A stretch of DNA of 64,000 nucleotides from Amoebophrya sp. A120 (lineage: Eukaryota > Protista > Dinoflagellata), in NCBI GenBank assembly GCA_905178155.1, contig CAJINV010000013.1, positions 2,786,158-2,850,157 on the forward strand, given 5' to 3'. Below the pieces are notes generated by a model, which had not been told where the DNA came from, did not search any database, and worked only from the letters and a program-made list of their open reading frames with translations. This document shows positions 24,900 to 39,022 of this stretch, in pieces; within the stretch, counting starts at the first letter, position 1, and each line of letters opens with the position of its first letter. A program made the translations under genes and the position numbers.

Positions 24900-27800
24900 C
24901 TCGATGGCGTCTCCTTAACCGGATTCTCCTCGCCATTCCCATTGCCAGCACCTTGTTTGGTTTTGTAAAAGTATTCTTGAATGTGCTGAAATATTGATTC
25001 ATAGCAAGACTGACCTGCAGAAGTGGGGAGCGCGCCTTGTGAAGACAGCTCAAGTGTCCCTACGTTCCAATATCGCTACAGGTTTATATTTCGTTTTCGA
25101 CCCAACACATTTGACTATTTCGATGCACAGTCAACTTCGTCCACCAACTCTATTTCTCAACTATTACTCTTCACACACTAGCAGATTTGCTACCTTTTCT
25201 ATCCTTTTTATTTTTTTTTTTCCTCTTCTTCTCGTCTTTCTCTTCATTCTGCTGTTCTGCCCCTGGTTTTCCTGGCTCTCCTGTCGCTGCTATCAAGCGG
25301 CAACACTCCCTACCCGCGGGTGGGAAGAACCTTGTCCTTGTTCCACTAACTATTTGTTTGACCCATAAAAATATGTGCGTGCAATAAAGATAAACGTAAA
25401 CAAACGTCGTAGTAGAGTATCACTTCCCACATCGGAGGGAGTGAGGATTTCAGTCGGGTATGATCCTCCTCTTCCGGTGTTGTTGGGCCGAAGACTCTGT
25501 TGAACTGCTCCTTACGGTATGCAGATGCAATGCGTCGTTAACGTTATCCGCTTTGGATTGGGAAAAGAGCATGATGCGAAATGAAATTGAGTTTGCGTAT
25601 CACATTGCGCATCGTGAGCTCGATCACCACTTCTCTTCAAAAGCTTGCAGCATGCTTACTCTACTTGTTAGATAATTCCCGCAACACAAACGCGTCGAGT
25701 GAGATCCGTCAGAGACTAACTCAGAAAAAGTCTACATACAAGTTCATACTGTATTTCCTTCAGCTGATAATTTCAATGAATTTGCATTCCATAGAACCCC
25801 GTTGTAGGCGGCAAATAAGCTCCACCTGTTCATAACCCGGCTATGCGAAACAAATGGGTCAAGTACTTTCCACAATACAGGCCTTCTCCCCATACCAGTG
25901 AGGCCACAGACGGTCACGCAGGGTGTTCTCATATTGCTTTGTAAAATCGTCTCTAAGACACAAGGTAGCTGAGCGAGCATATAGATGCAAGTCCACCTGC
26001 AAAATTTTGGGTTAAATTGAAGAGCAAAAGTGGTCATACGGATTCTCATACGTGACAGGGGCGCAAGAGGAGGAAGACTCGCGAAAAACCGAGCTAGTCT
26101 GCCTGTCCCCCGCCCTTTTCATGCTCAGACTAAGTAGCCTAGAAAATGTGCCACAGCAAAACAGCATGACAAGCCTCGCTAAGGACTAAGCAAGAGTTCT
26201 TGTGGAGGTTTAACTCAACCTTGCCTCCCATAATCTTCGCTCACGGCCTCGTCTTTCCCGTCGTTGTCGGAGCCGGAGGAGCCCTTCTCCTTGCGTGTTC
26301 TCTTGGTCACAACAACGCCTCCGTCGCTTTCCTCCGGCTTCGATATCATGCTCAAAAATTTAAATTTCCGCCCAAGTAATAACCCACAGAAACATTAATC
26401 AATACGAACCTCCGTACATTCCGAACAACATGAAAGAGAGGCACAATGAACCATTCCAAGTTGCACGAGAAGACATATTCTCCTGACTATCGCCTAGTTG
26501 ATATGATTGGTATCCAATACACATATTACACATGTCTTCTGTATACCAGGCTTTTCCGGTGGTGTGTTCGCGTGAAAAGAAATCACGCAGTAGAATAATT
26601 TTCTTCGTTCCATCATCAGGAGAAAACAGCCAGTGCTACAACTAGTACCAAGGGAAACAGAATTTTTGAATCACGATATCGACCTCTAGAAACGCGGTCT
26701 CCGGAGCGTTTCCCGCTTCCCTGCCCTCATGCGTTTTCACTCCTTCGGAGGTTCGCTGTCCCGAGTAGTTTACGCTTGCTGTGCTCCGTTGCTCCACGCC
26801 CGCCCCGACGCTGCCGCGCAACGCAGGATTAGTATTTTTCGCGGTATTCATCATCTTCCCGGCTTCTTGCTCTTCCGCGAGCGCGTCCGTTGGGACGGCT
26901 GTGAGAGGAGACAACTCCCCCGTACCCTCGTTTCCATTTGCACGGCATGCATGATAGCAACAAAATTGTCAGCTCCTGCGTGACAAATTCACACGAATTG
27001 TGGTCGTGCCGCAAAGAGTACCACAAAGCAAACAGTGGACGTGGAGGTGGCGGTGGGCCTCGTAATATTTTGCATGACAGATGAGGGCGAAGAGGGAGAA
27101 TCGCACTCTCGTACCGGCTCCACCCGTCGCGTCGAAGGAAAAGGACGATTATCCTGGGTAAAACTACGTACCCACACGCACACGATATTCCTCTATACAG
27201 ATCCGCATGCCCAGAGTGTGTGTGCGTGGATTATGTCGCATGCGCATCCCCATGACACCTATTTTCTAGAAGTGACTTCTAGGGCTTCTTGTTGGGAACA
27301 CTCTGTCATGCTTCATCGTCAGGGTAAGAAACTGAGTTCCCAAGCGGCTGGACACCACACTAAGTAGGCACGACTACACTGCATCACCAGATCTTTCATG
27401 CGTAACTTCTGGATTTATCTAGCAGTAGATCCTTCCACTCCAGCTTGACTAGTATAGGGTCGCAGTAGGTACGTACGTTTTCACACATGATAACGCTTCC
27501 GTCTCCCCACCTTTCTCCCCCTGGTGGAAGGGCAAATAGGTCACCTCGTCGCCCCCATCGTCGGGAGAGGAGGAAGACGCTCCGCCGGGGGGCTCAAAGC
27601 CTTGCACAAACGTCGTTGTGCTATCGTGCTGCATTGTAGTAGCCCCAATCGCGGAGCACGCGAGGGACCGCGAAGACTTTTTCGCGACGACCCGCATGGT
27701 GTCGTGACGCAACTGAGCGTGGATGAAGGAGGAAAATGCGGCCACGGCTCACAGATGTCGTCGTTTGCGATCGCGTTTATTGGCGCAAAGGCCAGCAGAA

Positions 27801-28338
27801 AAAATCCATTTTCCCTTCGCTTACCTTTCAACACCGGTTTGCTTCATTTCCTTTTATTTTTCCTGATACAAATGTAGTCGCTTCATACTCATAGCATAAG
27901 CATTCGCTCAAGTGAAACGCAACTTCATGAATAGGACATCAACGTAACGTCCGCCGTCGCTCAGTTCGGCAGTTTCCTTTGCCGCTAAAGCCCTCACTCG
28001 TGCGTCTGTCTTTGTCACTCGTGTGTTTGTTGAGTGAATCAAGCAATTCTAGACAGCACAGGGTAAGGCGCTGCCCTCACGACAACGACCAACCGGAGAT
28101 TGATTTCCTCTCACGAATTCCACACTGAACTAGCTCTCCCCGTCTCAGAACAATAGTCGAAAACGACCCAAACCATTAAATAAGTAATTTCGTCCGCAAT
28201 AGAAATCATTCAATGAGATGTGATCTCCTTCATCCTAATTTGTCGCTGTTTTCTTTATTTCTCAAGCAGTTGCGCCCCTGCTTCTACTCGGGAACATCAC
28301 CGAGGCTGTTTCTAGGAGGGAAGGACACTTCTTCCTCG

Positions 28339-30656
28339 TTAATTTGGCTGCAACCCGGCTGCAGCGAGCGAGCCGACGGAGTTGTGGTTCATGGGCACCG
28401 CGACGGTTTTTTCTTTCCGCTGAATCGACACGGAATTCTCATTGTGCTCGATGTTGTACGTGTTGACCCAATCCTTGCCGAATCCCCCATTGACCTGCCG
28501 GGTCTGCCACACCTGGATTTGCCCCGACTCCGGGGCCAGCGTCAGCATCGTGCCGGTGATGTTCCACGAACAGCGCCAGATGGTGTTCCACTCGTCTAGG
28601 TCCGGGGTCATGCCCGGCCCGCACAGCACCTTCATCACGGAGAGTTTCGTGAAGGTGCCGGGCGCAGCGGCGACACCAGGTTGCTGCTGGGATCCACCGC
28701 TGGACTGCTGCGGCGGTAGCAACCCCGACCTATCAAATGTAAAAGTGTCTGGGTCTGGAAGAATCCGAAATTTGTTATGCTGTTTTTGCATGACACAGAA
28801 TGTCTGCCATGGAAGCCCTAGCATCACAGATTTTTTGAGGCCTTCCTGATGCCTATTCCGCATGACAAATGCCCCCAACGCGCAGCACAAACCGGACTCC
28901 TCTTCCTGGTCATGCAATACAGAATTTTGTAGAGTCCAAAGTTAGCATCACAAGTTCCAACCTTCCAGACCCAGACATTTTTGCAATCCATACGACCCGT
29001 AGACGTGCGACGAGGCCGTGGAGGCGGAAACCGGGTCGAACCTCCACAGATTCGCGCTAAAGTGCGTGCCGCACGTGACCAACAAGTCGTAGGGGCGGCA
29101 CAGGTTAGGGGAAAAGGCCACGTCTTTCGGCAGGCAATCTGGGTTGGTTTTCTCGTGCGGTTCCTGGTGGAGCAAAAGCCAGCGGCGCTTCACCAAGTCC
29201 TTACCATGGATGTACAAAGATCCGTCCGTGCCGACCTGGGATAATATTTTTTACCAATTCTTGAACTTTGAAAAGTCTTTTCGCTAACGAGCTGCATCTA
29301 GGTTGGCATCAGTCCACGTGAAAATCTATACCGCCGCGATGTATTCCTGGTGAATGTCGGGACACCAGGAAACTGCCTGCACCCCCTCCCCTTTCGCGAT
29401 GGAATAGTCCTCCAAAAGCCATTCGCCCATGTTCAGAATGTCGGGCGCTTCATACACCCGAACGTAGCCGTCGAGACTGGCGCTGGCAACCTTCAGGCCG
29501 AAGTGCCGCGGCGCGAACTTCACGTCAATCACTGCTTTCGTGGCGTCGAGCCTGTGGTGCGGTGAATCACTCAAATCTACTTTGATTGAAAACAAATTCA
29601 TTGCACTCATGCAGGAGCTTGCGCGGATGTTGCAGAGATCTACATCGGAAACTTCGCTTGTCATCATGCACACTTTGACTCGGGCAACACGCGCAGATAC
29701 AGATTCATAAAGAAAGTATAAACTAACTCCCGTCAATACAATTGCGCCCGTTTCCGCCAACTTGTCGACGCAGGATTTTCGCTCCAGATACTGACCGCTC
29801 GGTCTTCGCCGCAGCTCGCCAGAATTCCCGTGCCGTACTCCGGGTGCGCCCAGTCTAGCCGCCATATCGGCCCGGAGTGGGCCCCCTCCAACACCGACGT
29901 CTCGTGCCACTCAGGCGACGGCTGCCCGCCGAGGAGCAGGTTTGCGTTGGAGGAATGATTGCTCGGGGGAGCAGAAGCACTGACTGGCGGCTGGTGAAGC
30001 TGCCCCTCCGACTGCTGGAGGTTGGACGCATTTATTGCCGAACTACTACTATTACCCGCTGTCCCAAGAACGTCAGCGGACTTCGCCTTTTTACCGTGAA
30101 AAGACGAGTCAGCAAAAGTTGTGGCTCCTGCCGCTATACCTCCAGCGCTTCCATTATTTTCCTCAACCAGCATAATATCCGTGGACTTTCGCTTGTTCGT
30201 CGCTGTCGTCCCTGTGCCTGTCCCAGCATGTCCTGTACTACTAGGTCCCTGCTCCTGCTGCTGTTGCAACGTAGTACTGCTACCCGCCTGCGCATTCGAT
30301 CCTGGCGCTCCGGGAGCTGCGGCCCCCGCGCCCGCAGAAACTACATCAGCAGGGTTGTAACTACTTTGGTGTACATTCTTAAAGTTTGCGAAACTGCTGC
30401 TGCTGCTCGAGGCTGCACTCTCCTGAAGCAGACTGGCGTTGCTGTTGTTTTTCGAATGCAGGCCGGCGTTAGAGCCGCTCGGACTCGCGGTGGCGCTCCG
30501 CGACCCGCCCGGATTCCGCCCCTTCGTCCAAAACGAAATTTTCTGCCGGCTGGTGCAAAACGCGATGCGGTCACCGTAGTAGTTGAAACACATGTCGTGG
30601 ATATAGTCCGTCTCGCCGGCGACTTCCAGCTCGAATCCTTGGTTGCTGGTGATCAT
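28339..30656 (-). CDS. SEH1: Nucleoporin/GATOR2 subunit Seh1 (WD40), multi-exon
   Basis: DYIHDMCFNYYGDRIA, AHSGPIWRLDWAHPEYG.GILASCGEDR, VIDVKFAPRHFGLKVASASLDGYVRVYEAPD, IWRCSWNITGTML; two GT-AG introns and one introner. Confidence 0.9.
28731..28992. mobile_element. Introner family A (262 bp)
   Basis: Family A TIRs; TSD CGACC. Confidence 0.95.
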
Positions 30657-31370
30657 CTTTTGCGAAAATCGAAAACAATTGGAAAATGAGGAAAAAAGAA
30701 CGAGTAATAAATTAGAATACTTGTCGGAGCTGGCTGCAGCCGCCCTGACTTTACTCTAAAACAAATAGCTACGACGGAGGGGGATTATAACTGAGTAGCA
30801 TCAACCCTAGAAGAAAGCATAATTCTGATTGATTATCTTTATCAATCTAGTGCTGTCTAGAGATCTTGAGATGGTGTCGCTGAATCGATCCGAATAAGGA
30901 GCCGCAAAGGAGCAAGTATATGAAAAGCTGTTTGAAAATCTGGATCTTGAACAGCGTCCGGTGGTTCCACAAGTTTTGTCAGTCGGCCAGAACAATTACG
31001 TCCCGCTCCCGTTGGCTGCGTTCCCCCGTCCGTGCAAGCCTTCTTGGAAAAAAATCCGTCTGCAGGAGCATCTTGTCGTCTCACTACAATGAGTCAAACA
31101 CTACGTGGGCACGAGAACATTTTAAGTACCTCCCGCACGGCCACGGTAACATGGTGTAATTTCTCAAGGAGTAACAAAGCATGAGCATTTTTTAACAAAA
31201 TCCAAGTTTGTTGCAAGGTTTTTATCGGTAGCATCGCTATGGCTCTAAGGTTCATTTCGATCGATATTGTATGATACGGCAATTCTACTACTAGTTGTAG
31301 GAATTCATTGTTACATTTGCAAGCTCGTGTGCTTTCCGTGAAATAGTACCAGCGGCGTCTCGCCTTTCTT

Positions 31371-34300
31371 TCACCTCGCACCAAACGGCCCCCGGAGTCG
31401 CCGATTTTTAGTGGCCGGCTTTCCCTTACCCGCTTCTGCACTGTTCTTCGTAGTTTCGACTCGTTCCATTTCTTGGTAGAACAGAGATGCGATCGCGGCT
31501 GTGGTAAGTTCTTTTTCTTCCTCAACTGTGGTTACTGTCTGGTTGATTTCTTCCACCACCGCTACTTCAGTCCGCGTGAACAAAATTTTCTCCAAATTCT
31601 TCGCGTGCACATCCACCGATTTTTGACGCGTCAGAGCGATTTTTTGCTCCAGATCAGAAGATGCGTCCGCTTTGACGTTGCTTCTTCGGAGCGATGAAGT
31701 TGTAGACGAGGATGTCCTTGCGGGTGACTGTTTTGCTTTCGTTTTCTCTTCTGCCTCCATATTTTCAACGGCGTCAGACAACTCTTTCAGCTCCTGAAAC
31801 GCCTTCTGCAACAACAGGAGTTCACTGTCGGAGAGCGTCAGCGTAGTTTGCCTTGTTTTACTTGCTGTATCGGAAGAATTGGTAGTTCCCATGGACGTCC
31901 CGCTTCGCTCCATGAAAGCCGTCAGTCGCCCGTTCAAGACATCGAGCGCATCCTGGTCCTCCGCGTCCATCACACTGATCAGCGTGTTCCGCTTCAGTTC
32001 GTCGTTCCAAAACAATTCCCGTACTTCATACAGCGTCGTTAACGCACCCAAAGCGGACTCAAGCTCCGACATGGTGAGGTCGCGACCTCCGCCGGGAGTT
32101 GTTCTACTCGAAGGGGTTAGTTTATCATTACGCGTTGCAGTGGAGGCGGAAGTGTTGGAAGATGTGTTTTTGTTAGAAGACGCTGCTTTGTTCGTCGTAG
32201 TGGTTGTTGTTTTTAGGTCCACGTTTTTCGTTGCTACGGTGGTTTCCTCACTCGTCGCTACGGTTCTTGTAACGTTGACATTCGTTGTCGCATTGGTTTT
32301 CACGTTCGTTTCGACAATCTTCTCGATATTCACTTCTTTCTGGTCCGTTGTATTGTTTGTGTTGACAGCGCTTTTCCGTGCGTTTCTAGAAGTTGGTCCG
32401 GCGAGAGGTCCGGACAGAGAAGACCTGTAATAAATTGTACTAACGCATGTTCAGGAGTTGAAACAAAGTTCAATCGTTTTTTAGTACTCGTCAATGCTAG
32501 TACTTTGTTGATGAGCAAAACCAAAACGAGAAGGAGAAAAATCCACCAAACCAGCGACCAAAATTCCAGTAAAGTAACTATCAGTGAGTGACGTTGTCTT
32601 TCGCAGATGTGATTCATAAGAAAAACGCCCCTATACCTGCCCGCCGCCGTTCCCCGCTTACTGCTAGTGGTCGATTCCGAAGCAGAGGCTTGTCCACCGC
32701 CTCCCGAGGGAAGTAGATTCACCGAAGTGGAGGCCGACTTCCTCTTCGCAGCTACACCAGACCTCCTTCCGGCAGGCGCGGGTGGCTGCTCCTTGTCCGC
32801 CTCCGTTTTCCCTGTTCCTCCAGTGACACTCTTCCTGCTTGCGAGGCCAACCCCTGCTCCGACGCCCCCTGCGCCAACGCTATTTCTCCCTCCACGACCC
32901 AGAGTACCGGCTGAAGCAGAACTGCTACCTCCGCCAGAAGGGCCCACACTCTTCCTCGCACTTATCGTGGCATTTTGTCGATCACCCGCAATTACAGCAG
33001 CGCTCCTTCTCCCGCCCGCCTTTGGCTTTGCCTGTGGACCACTGGTGCCGGCGGATGCAATACCATCTAGAGCTTCCCCGCCGGCGATAGCCGACTCATT
33101 GTTCCTGCCGGGACTTCTAGAAGAGGACGGTCGTTTCTTTTTCTTCCCCTTACTATTTTCCTTAGTGCTGCGCGACGCTCTCCCTCCCGCTGCGACTTCT
33201 GTCGACGCGTCCTCTGAAGAGTCTAAAACTTCATTGTCCACTTCCTCCAGTGCTTGTGGACTGTTCTTCGACGACGCAATGCGTCTCAGATCCTCCTCGT
33301 CTTCCAGCACAAACCTCTTTTCCGCGTCGTGGCTGCGAAACGTGCGATTTCGGATGGACGAAAGCTTTTTCGAGAACTCCGCCTTGTCACTGACGTAATG
33401 CACTTCCGCGGGGGTCAGGCCCGGACTGGCAAGGAATTCGTCGTTATCACTATCTTCATCTGCCGCGATGGTTTTTGCAGCGACAACCCGTTCTACTTCC
33501 TCCACTGGCTGCTCCTGGAAAAACGCATCCGAAGTGCGCTGTGCCTTCTCCTGTTCTGAACGAACTCTACTCGAGGTATTGGCCTGGAGGGAGGAATTTC
33601 TACTTGGCAGCAACTGCTGTAACTCCTCCCTTGTTCTTGGCGCATTGTCGTTCGGTTTGGTCTTCGCATCAGAAGTGATGGAAGGTGGGCTGCTGAGAGT
33701 CCTCTTATTTGCTGCCACACTTCTTCGAACGTCAGGAGATGAAACATCAACATTGTTGTAGCTCTCTTCGAGAAGCACAGCAGTTTCGGCGCCGGCCACA
33801 TCGTCACTTTCCATTCCGCTCCCGCGTTCTGCGCGCGTCTTTAAATCCTCTTCGCTCCCTCCGGTAATAGCGGAGACACGCTTGAAATCCATTTCCTCGA
33901 ACTGAAATGATCCCTCGTTAGTACTATTGAGCGCTGCAGGCTGTGGTCCTGGCTCCGTCAAAGCAGGTACTATTTTGCTACTGCGAGCGGGGGAAGTTAG
34001 TGCAAAGTTTGGGCTGGTAGAGGTAGTCAAAACTTCGTTCGGCACAGAGGAGATGAAGCTTTTCGTTCCTCTTCCTTCCGATGCTTCCATCTCCGCGAGA
34101 TCTTGTTCTTTCTCCCCCGCCGTGATGATCGCCCCCGAAGTTGTAGGCGCGCAGAAAAAGTTTTGCACCGATTTCTTCTTTTTCTGTTCCACGATTTTTC
34201 TGCGTTTGTGCACGCAATTCACCCGCCAGTCCTGGAAGTTTCGTTTCAAGGTCAGAAACCTGCGCGCCGTGACCACCATGCGCGCCACCGCGTGGCGGAA

Positions 34301-37300
34301 CTCCCGGTTTTTTTTGTACAGCTCTTTGTCCCGCTTCGTTTTGTCAAACGCGGTGAAATAGAGCGAAGTGGAGTTTGTGATGTTGGTCTGGTTGTTTGCT
34401 GTCGTTTTGTTCCGAAAATCAAAATTGTTCGTCGCAACCACACTTCTCCGCCCCCCCGCGGCGATCAATCCGCGCAGCAACACCTGGATCAGATTGTCGT
34501 TTTTCGCCGACGAGTTCAGCGCCTCAGCCAACATAAATTGTTGAAAATCAACGGCTGGTGGGGCATTTTTCATTGAAGTGCTCGACGTGGTAGCTCTTTT
34601 CGTTCCTTCCTCCTCCGTTCCCGAGCTGGCAGACGAAGAGGAGGAGAGCAGCAAATTCGCCGCGTCCAGTCTTCTTTTCCGCTCCAAGTCGGTTGGTTTT
34701 CTGAATTGTTCATCTCGTCCTGTCTGCTTTATCGTAGTATTTCTGTCCAAGCTTAAATGCTCCACTTGCAGTTTCTCCTTTGCCATGCCCGGCTGATTTT
34801 CGAGAATTTTATCAAACAGCAGCCGCGACCGCTCCACGTTGCGAGTTGACCGTCCCGCGGGGGCGAACTGAAATTTTTCCTGCGCGGCGTCCAAAAAAAG
34901 CTGCCTCTCGTCCTCCTCCGAGGGGTGGGCGCGCTGTGGCACGTAGTAGGACGGGGGTCTTTTCATCCCGGAGGTGTTGTTACTCTTCTCCGCTGGCTCA
35001 AGTGGACTTCCTTGAGATTGCACGTGGTCACCAGGCTGATCGTTGTAGTTATTGGTGGCGACATCTACATCAGGATTTATTTGCGAGGTAGACATATTGA
35101 CTCGTCCCTCCTGTTGCGGAAGGAGGACTCTGGACCGGTGCGGAATGTCGTCAGACGACGACATGACGCTGCTCCATCGGGGATGAAGTAGCCTCCGCGA
35201 TAAGGACGGCGACCTGGAGGTGGCAAGAACTCCGGTTTCACGCTCGTCTCGCTGTAGCGGCCTCTGAGAATAAAGACTACCGTCGGACGCGGCTTGTTGC
35301 CCCGGTCTATCTCTATTTCCACCAAAAAATATGTGGTCCTGACTACTTTCTTCAACCAGCGGTGCCATGTAACGCCCTTTTCGGGCTGCAGTATTAGCGC
35401 CATCTTGCAGCTGCTCTAACGGATACTGGTCCCAATAAGCAGTGCTGCTCGGGAAAGCGCGGCCTGTTCTTGATGTCGTCCTGTCAACTGCTGCGTCTCC
35501 CTGAGTCCCGCTCCCGACTACACGGGTGGATTGCATTCGTCCCCGCTGCTGCTGCTGCTCTGGGTTTCCCTCCACCAATTCTTCCGGATACTGTGCCCAA
35601 TACGCTCCACTGTCCGCATGGACCAAGGGGGTAGTTCTAGCGCCGCTTGGACGCAGCAGTCGTTCCTTGCTGGGTTCATTGTCCCGGAAGATTCCCATCC
35701 GTTCTTCCCCGTCCCGCGGAACCAAAGCCGCCGTTGCCAGTTTCTCGTCGTATTGATTCCAGTACGCCAGCGAAGAGGATGACGCCCCACGACCGTAGCC
35801 ACGACTTAGTAGATTATTTCTTGCTAGTACCGTTTCCTCACTTTGTCCTCGAAGCCCCTGCGTAGAGGATTTATTTTCCTCCTCCTCCGGCATCCTCTCC
35901 ATTTCTCTTTCCCTCTCCGCCCTTCTTGCGTTCAGGAGGTCCAGCCGGTTTTTTTCTTCAACCAAATCCAGCGCGTCCACTTCCTCCCGCGCGCCGTCAC
36001 TGATCGGGGTTCGTCGCGCGGACAATACACTGGCACGCCACCGAATCTCCCCCGCGATAGGATCAACCTTGTCGTTCACATTCTCCGGGGTGCGCACCGT
36101 CGCCAGCCACCGGAGGTCGGTGCTGGTGGTTCTACTTGTACTTGCTTGTTGGGGATAATCGCTTTTGTTTAGTGCATAATTCTTGCCCGCAAGATAGTTG
36201 CTGTTGTAGTTATCGAGCCTGGTAGTTGTTGTACTACTCCCAGCGGTATTTACGGTTCTCGCACTCCCCCCGCCCGGCATGTTGATTCTCGTCGTTCTTT
36301 CGTTTTCATAAATCGAGAGTTCCGGCTCCGCCCTGTATTCCAGCCTCTCGTCCCCCGTGACAAAGGTGACGCGCTCTGCGGCGGACGGCCGAGCAACGAA
36401 TTCTTGCGGCGAGGAGGAGGCTTCCTCGTCCGGTCGCGCAGGGAATAAATCCCCCTCCATCATACGGCGCAGGGCGGAGAGCGAAAGCTGGTCCGGCTCC
36501 TCGGAATCAAGATCGGCATCTGGGTTCTTTGAAGAAGATGCAGTTCCTTCCGGGTAGTACACCATCAAGGCCTTCTGCTGGTGCTCCGTGCGAGGCACCG
36601 CCACTGGATCAAGAACATTATCACCGCTTTGTTCTTCAGTACTAGAGCAGGACTTCTCGTCGTACTTCATCCCTGCTGAAGACTTCCCGAGAACACGACC
36701 CCTTTCCGGAACACAATTTACCCTGGTCGTGTTCCTACTCCCCTCACCAGCGATGCCCATCTCCACGGCTTCCGCAGTCCTTCTCATCCGCCGGACCTCT
36801 TGCCGTCCGCGACGCACCGTTTTTAGCGAGATCATCACCCGCGGCTGCTCCTCCGGGTTTTCCCGCGCGAGTTCGATCGCATCGTAAATGTTTGTCCCCG
36901 TTTCCCGCACCACAATTTCCTCCCGAACCGCCCCACTCGTTTCCTCTAAGGAGTGGTAACACTTGATCTTCGGCGCTACCCAGCAACAGAACCCGGGAGA
37001 GGCTTCGTCGTAGAAGGAAACAACGGTGTCGAGCTCGGAAAGCGGGATTGTGACGCTCCGACTCGTGCCCGTTGTTGGTGTGACAGTTTCGGAGAAGGAC
37101 ATTTCGAGTGTTTGTTTGATATTACCATCGTGTTTGTTTTGGTCGGATACGACAAAGCGGCCCGCCCCTGCACCAGCCGCAGGGAACGTCGAAGGTAGTG
37201 CGAAACAAACATCCGAGGTTTTTTTCCCAACTGGGATGTAGATTGTTTCTGGTTTATTTGTATCTTTGGTCTGGTGCGATGATGTTGACTCCGTAAACTG

Positions 37301-37576
37301 GTTCTGGTTTTCCTCCCTTTCTTCGAGAAGATAGACGTACTGCAGGACATCATCCCCTCCTTCTCCCACTGTACTACCAGCAACATCTTCGCGCCCCCTG
37401 TCGTCCCATTTCCACTTCGGATTTGGGTCGACAAAAAACGCAGGTGGCTTTACGTCGCTGTCCAGAAAATTTTTCGCCGAGATTAGCTGGAGCTCGTAAA
37501 AAGTTTCCTCAGAACCATCGTTGGAGGACAACACGCCGCCGGGTAGCAGTGTACCACCCCAAGCATCGGGAAACAT
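31371..37576 (-). CDS. Large (about 2000 aa) low-complexity uncharacterised protein
   Basis: ORF 32330-37576 joins ORF 31371-32333 through GT-AG intron 32425-32636 (TAAGR|SSLSGP...KEVNIEK); upstream exons possible. Confidence 0.7.
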
Positions 37577-39022
37577 TCTATCTCGCTGATGGCTGATGGT
37601 GTAAAATGAAGACGTAAATTTTCATCACGGAATTTTGTGCATACGTCAGCAGAAGAGACAAGCCAATGATCGAACGACAACAAGGTTCAAAAAAAATACG
37701 GAGAACGAACTCTGACTACACTTCGAGATATTAAGCTGTCTCCTGACTAGAAGTGCTGATAGGTCAATAGGAGTGGTGAAAACACTATCCGAGACCGAGA
37801 CTGCTGACGAGTATGACTTCACCGACCAAAATTGACGTCTAAACCACACGACACGCCTGTTCGGCAACCATGATGACCAAGTCCATCCCACGAAAAGAAT
37901 CGTCCGGCGTATCTCTGAAAATGGATCTGTACCTAACGATTGGAGATAATGTAGGCACGATGGCATTCCTTGCAACGGTCCCGGTCAGATCATGATTTCA
38001 AGAGTGAGTGATAGCGCACAGCTTTCCTGACTAAGTAACGATCTACCTAACCGACCACGTTGCCGACAACGACATCACGAATTTGGATTTTCCTTTTTTA
38101 CCACGATTAAGTATACGACATGCACATGGATTTGCTTCGTGCTGTTTTTCGGTCTGGTATACATCAAAACCTCGTCGCGTAGAAGCCGTCACTCACTTTC
38201 ATAACAAGATTCTTCTTCGCACTAGAACAGAAGTAACAAAAACGTCCTGTCGGCCGATGTCCTCCGCATCAAGAAGATCTAGTAAACTGGCCTTCTCCTT
38301 GATTTTTTCCCTGTACAACCGGTACAGCGGTCGAGCGCTTTGGAGCGTGCCGAAACTAGTTCTCATCTTTGAGGGTAATGCCAAAAAACTTGAAAGGTCT
38401 TTCACTATGCGCCACAGGCGATTCTCTCTGTTGTGATCGCTGTTGGACATGGTGTTCGCTGAAAATAAGTGCTGTCCTGGGTTCTGAAAAGGACTTGTTC
38501 TGACTGAGGTGCAAAACTCCGTTGAGAGTTCTTGTTCCGCTGAAAATTGATGTTCCCATAGTGTGATGATGATGATGACAAAAACCTAAAACAAAAAACA
38601 CCTAGAAAGGTTATTTGCTGAGTGTACGTTTAGACGTTTAGATGATGTGAGAAGACCGTAGTAACCTCGTTCTAAAAGGAGCAACCGCTATTTCGTCATT
38701 TCTTCCAATTTAGTTGTTCTTTTTCCAGAAGTGTCTCATCATGTGATGGTCCCCCGGAATCGAGGAGGTTACTACAGCATTTCTGAAGAAAAGGTTCATT
38801 TGAGTGTATTCACGAATAAGCCGCGGTTGCATTTATTAAAGCTGTTCGATACAACGACCAATTGTATGGAAGCGCAGTGCGACTTTGTTGGCACCAGTAG
38901 AGTACACTATTCGGTCTTCTCTTGGAATTGTTTTTACTCTTTTGTCTCGGGTTCTTTAGCTGTATCAAACAAATCGCGGCCGCAATTCTAAACTTAAACT
39001 ACCATCTACAAATCTAAAACTC

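Noticed and set aside
27019-27456. Region containing several GCATGACA/TGTCATGC motifs, possible relic element
   Set aside because: No matching TIR pair or TSD, and no frame-restoring junction found
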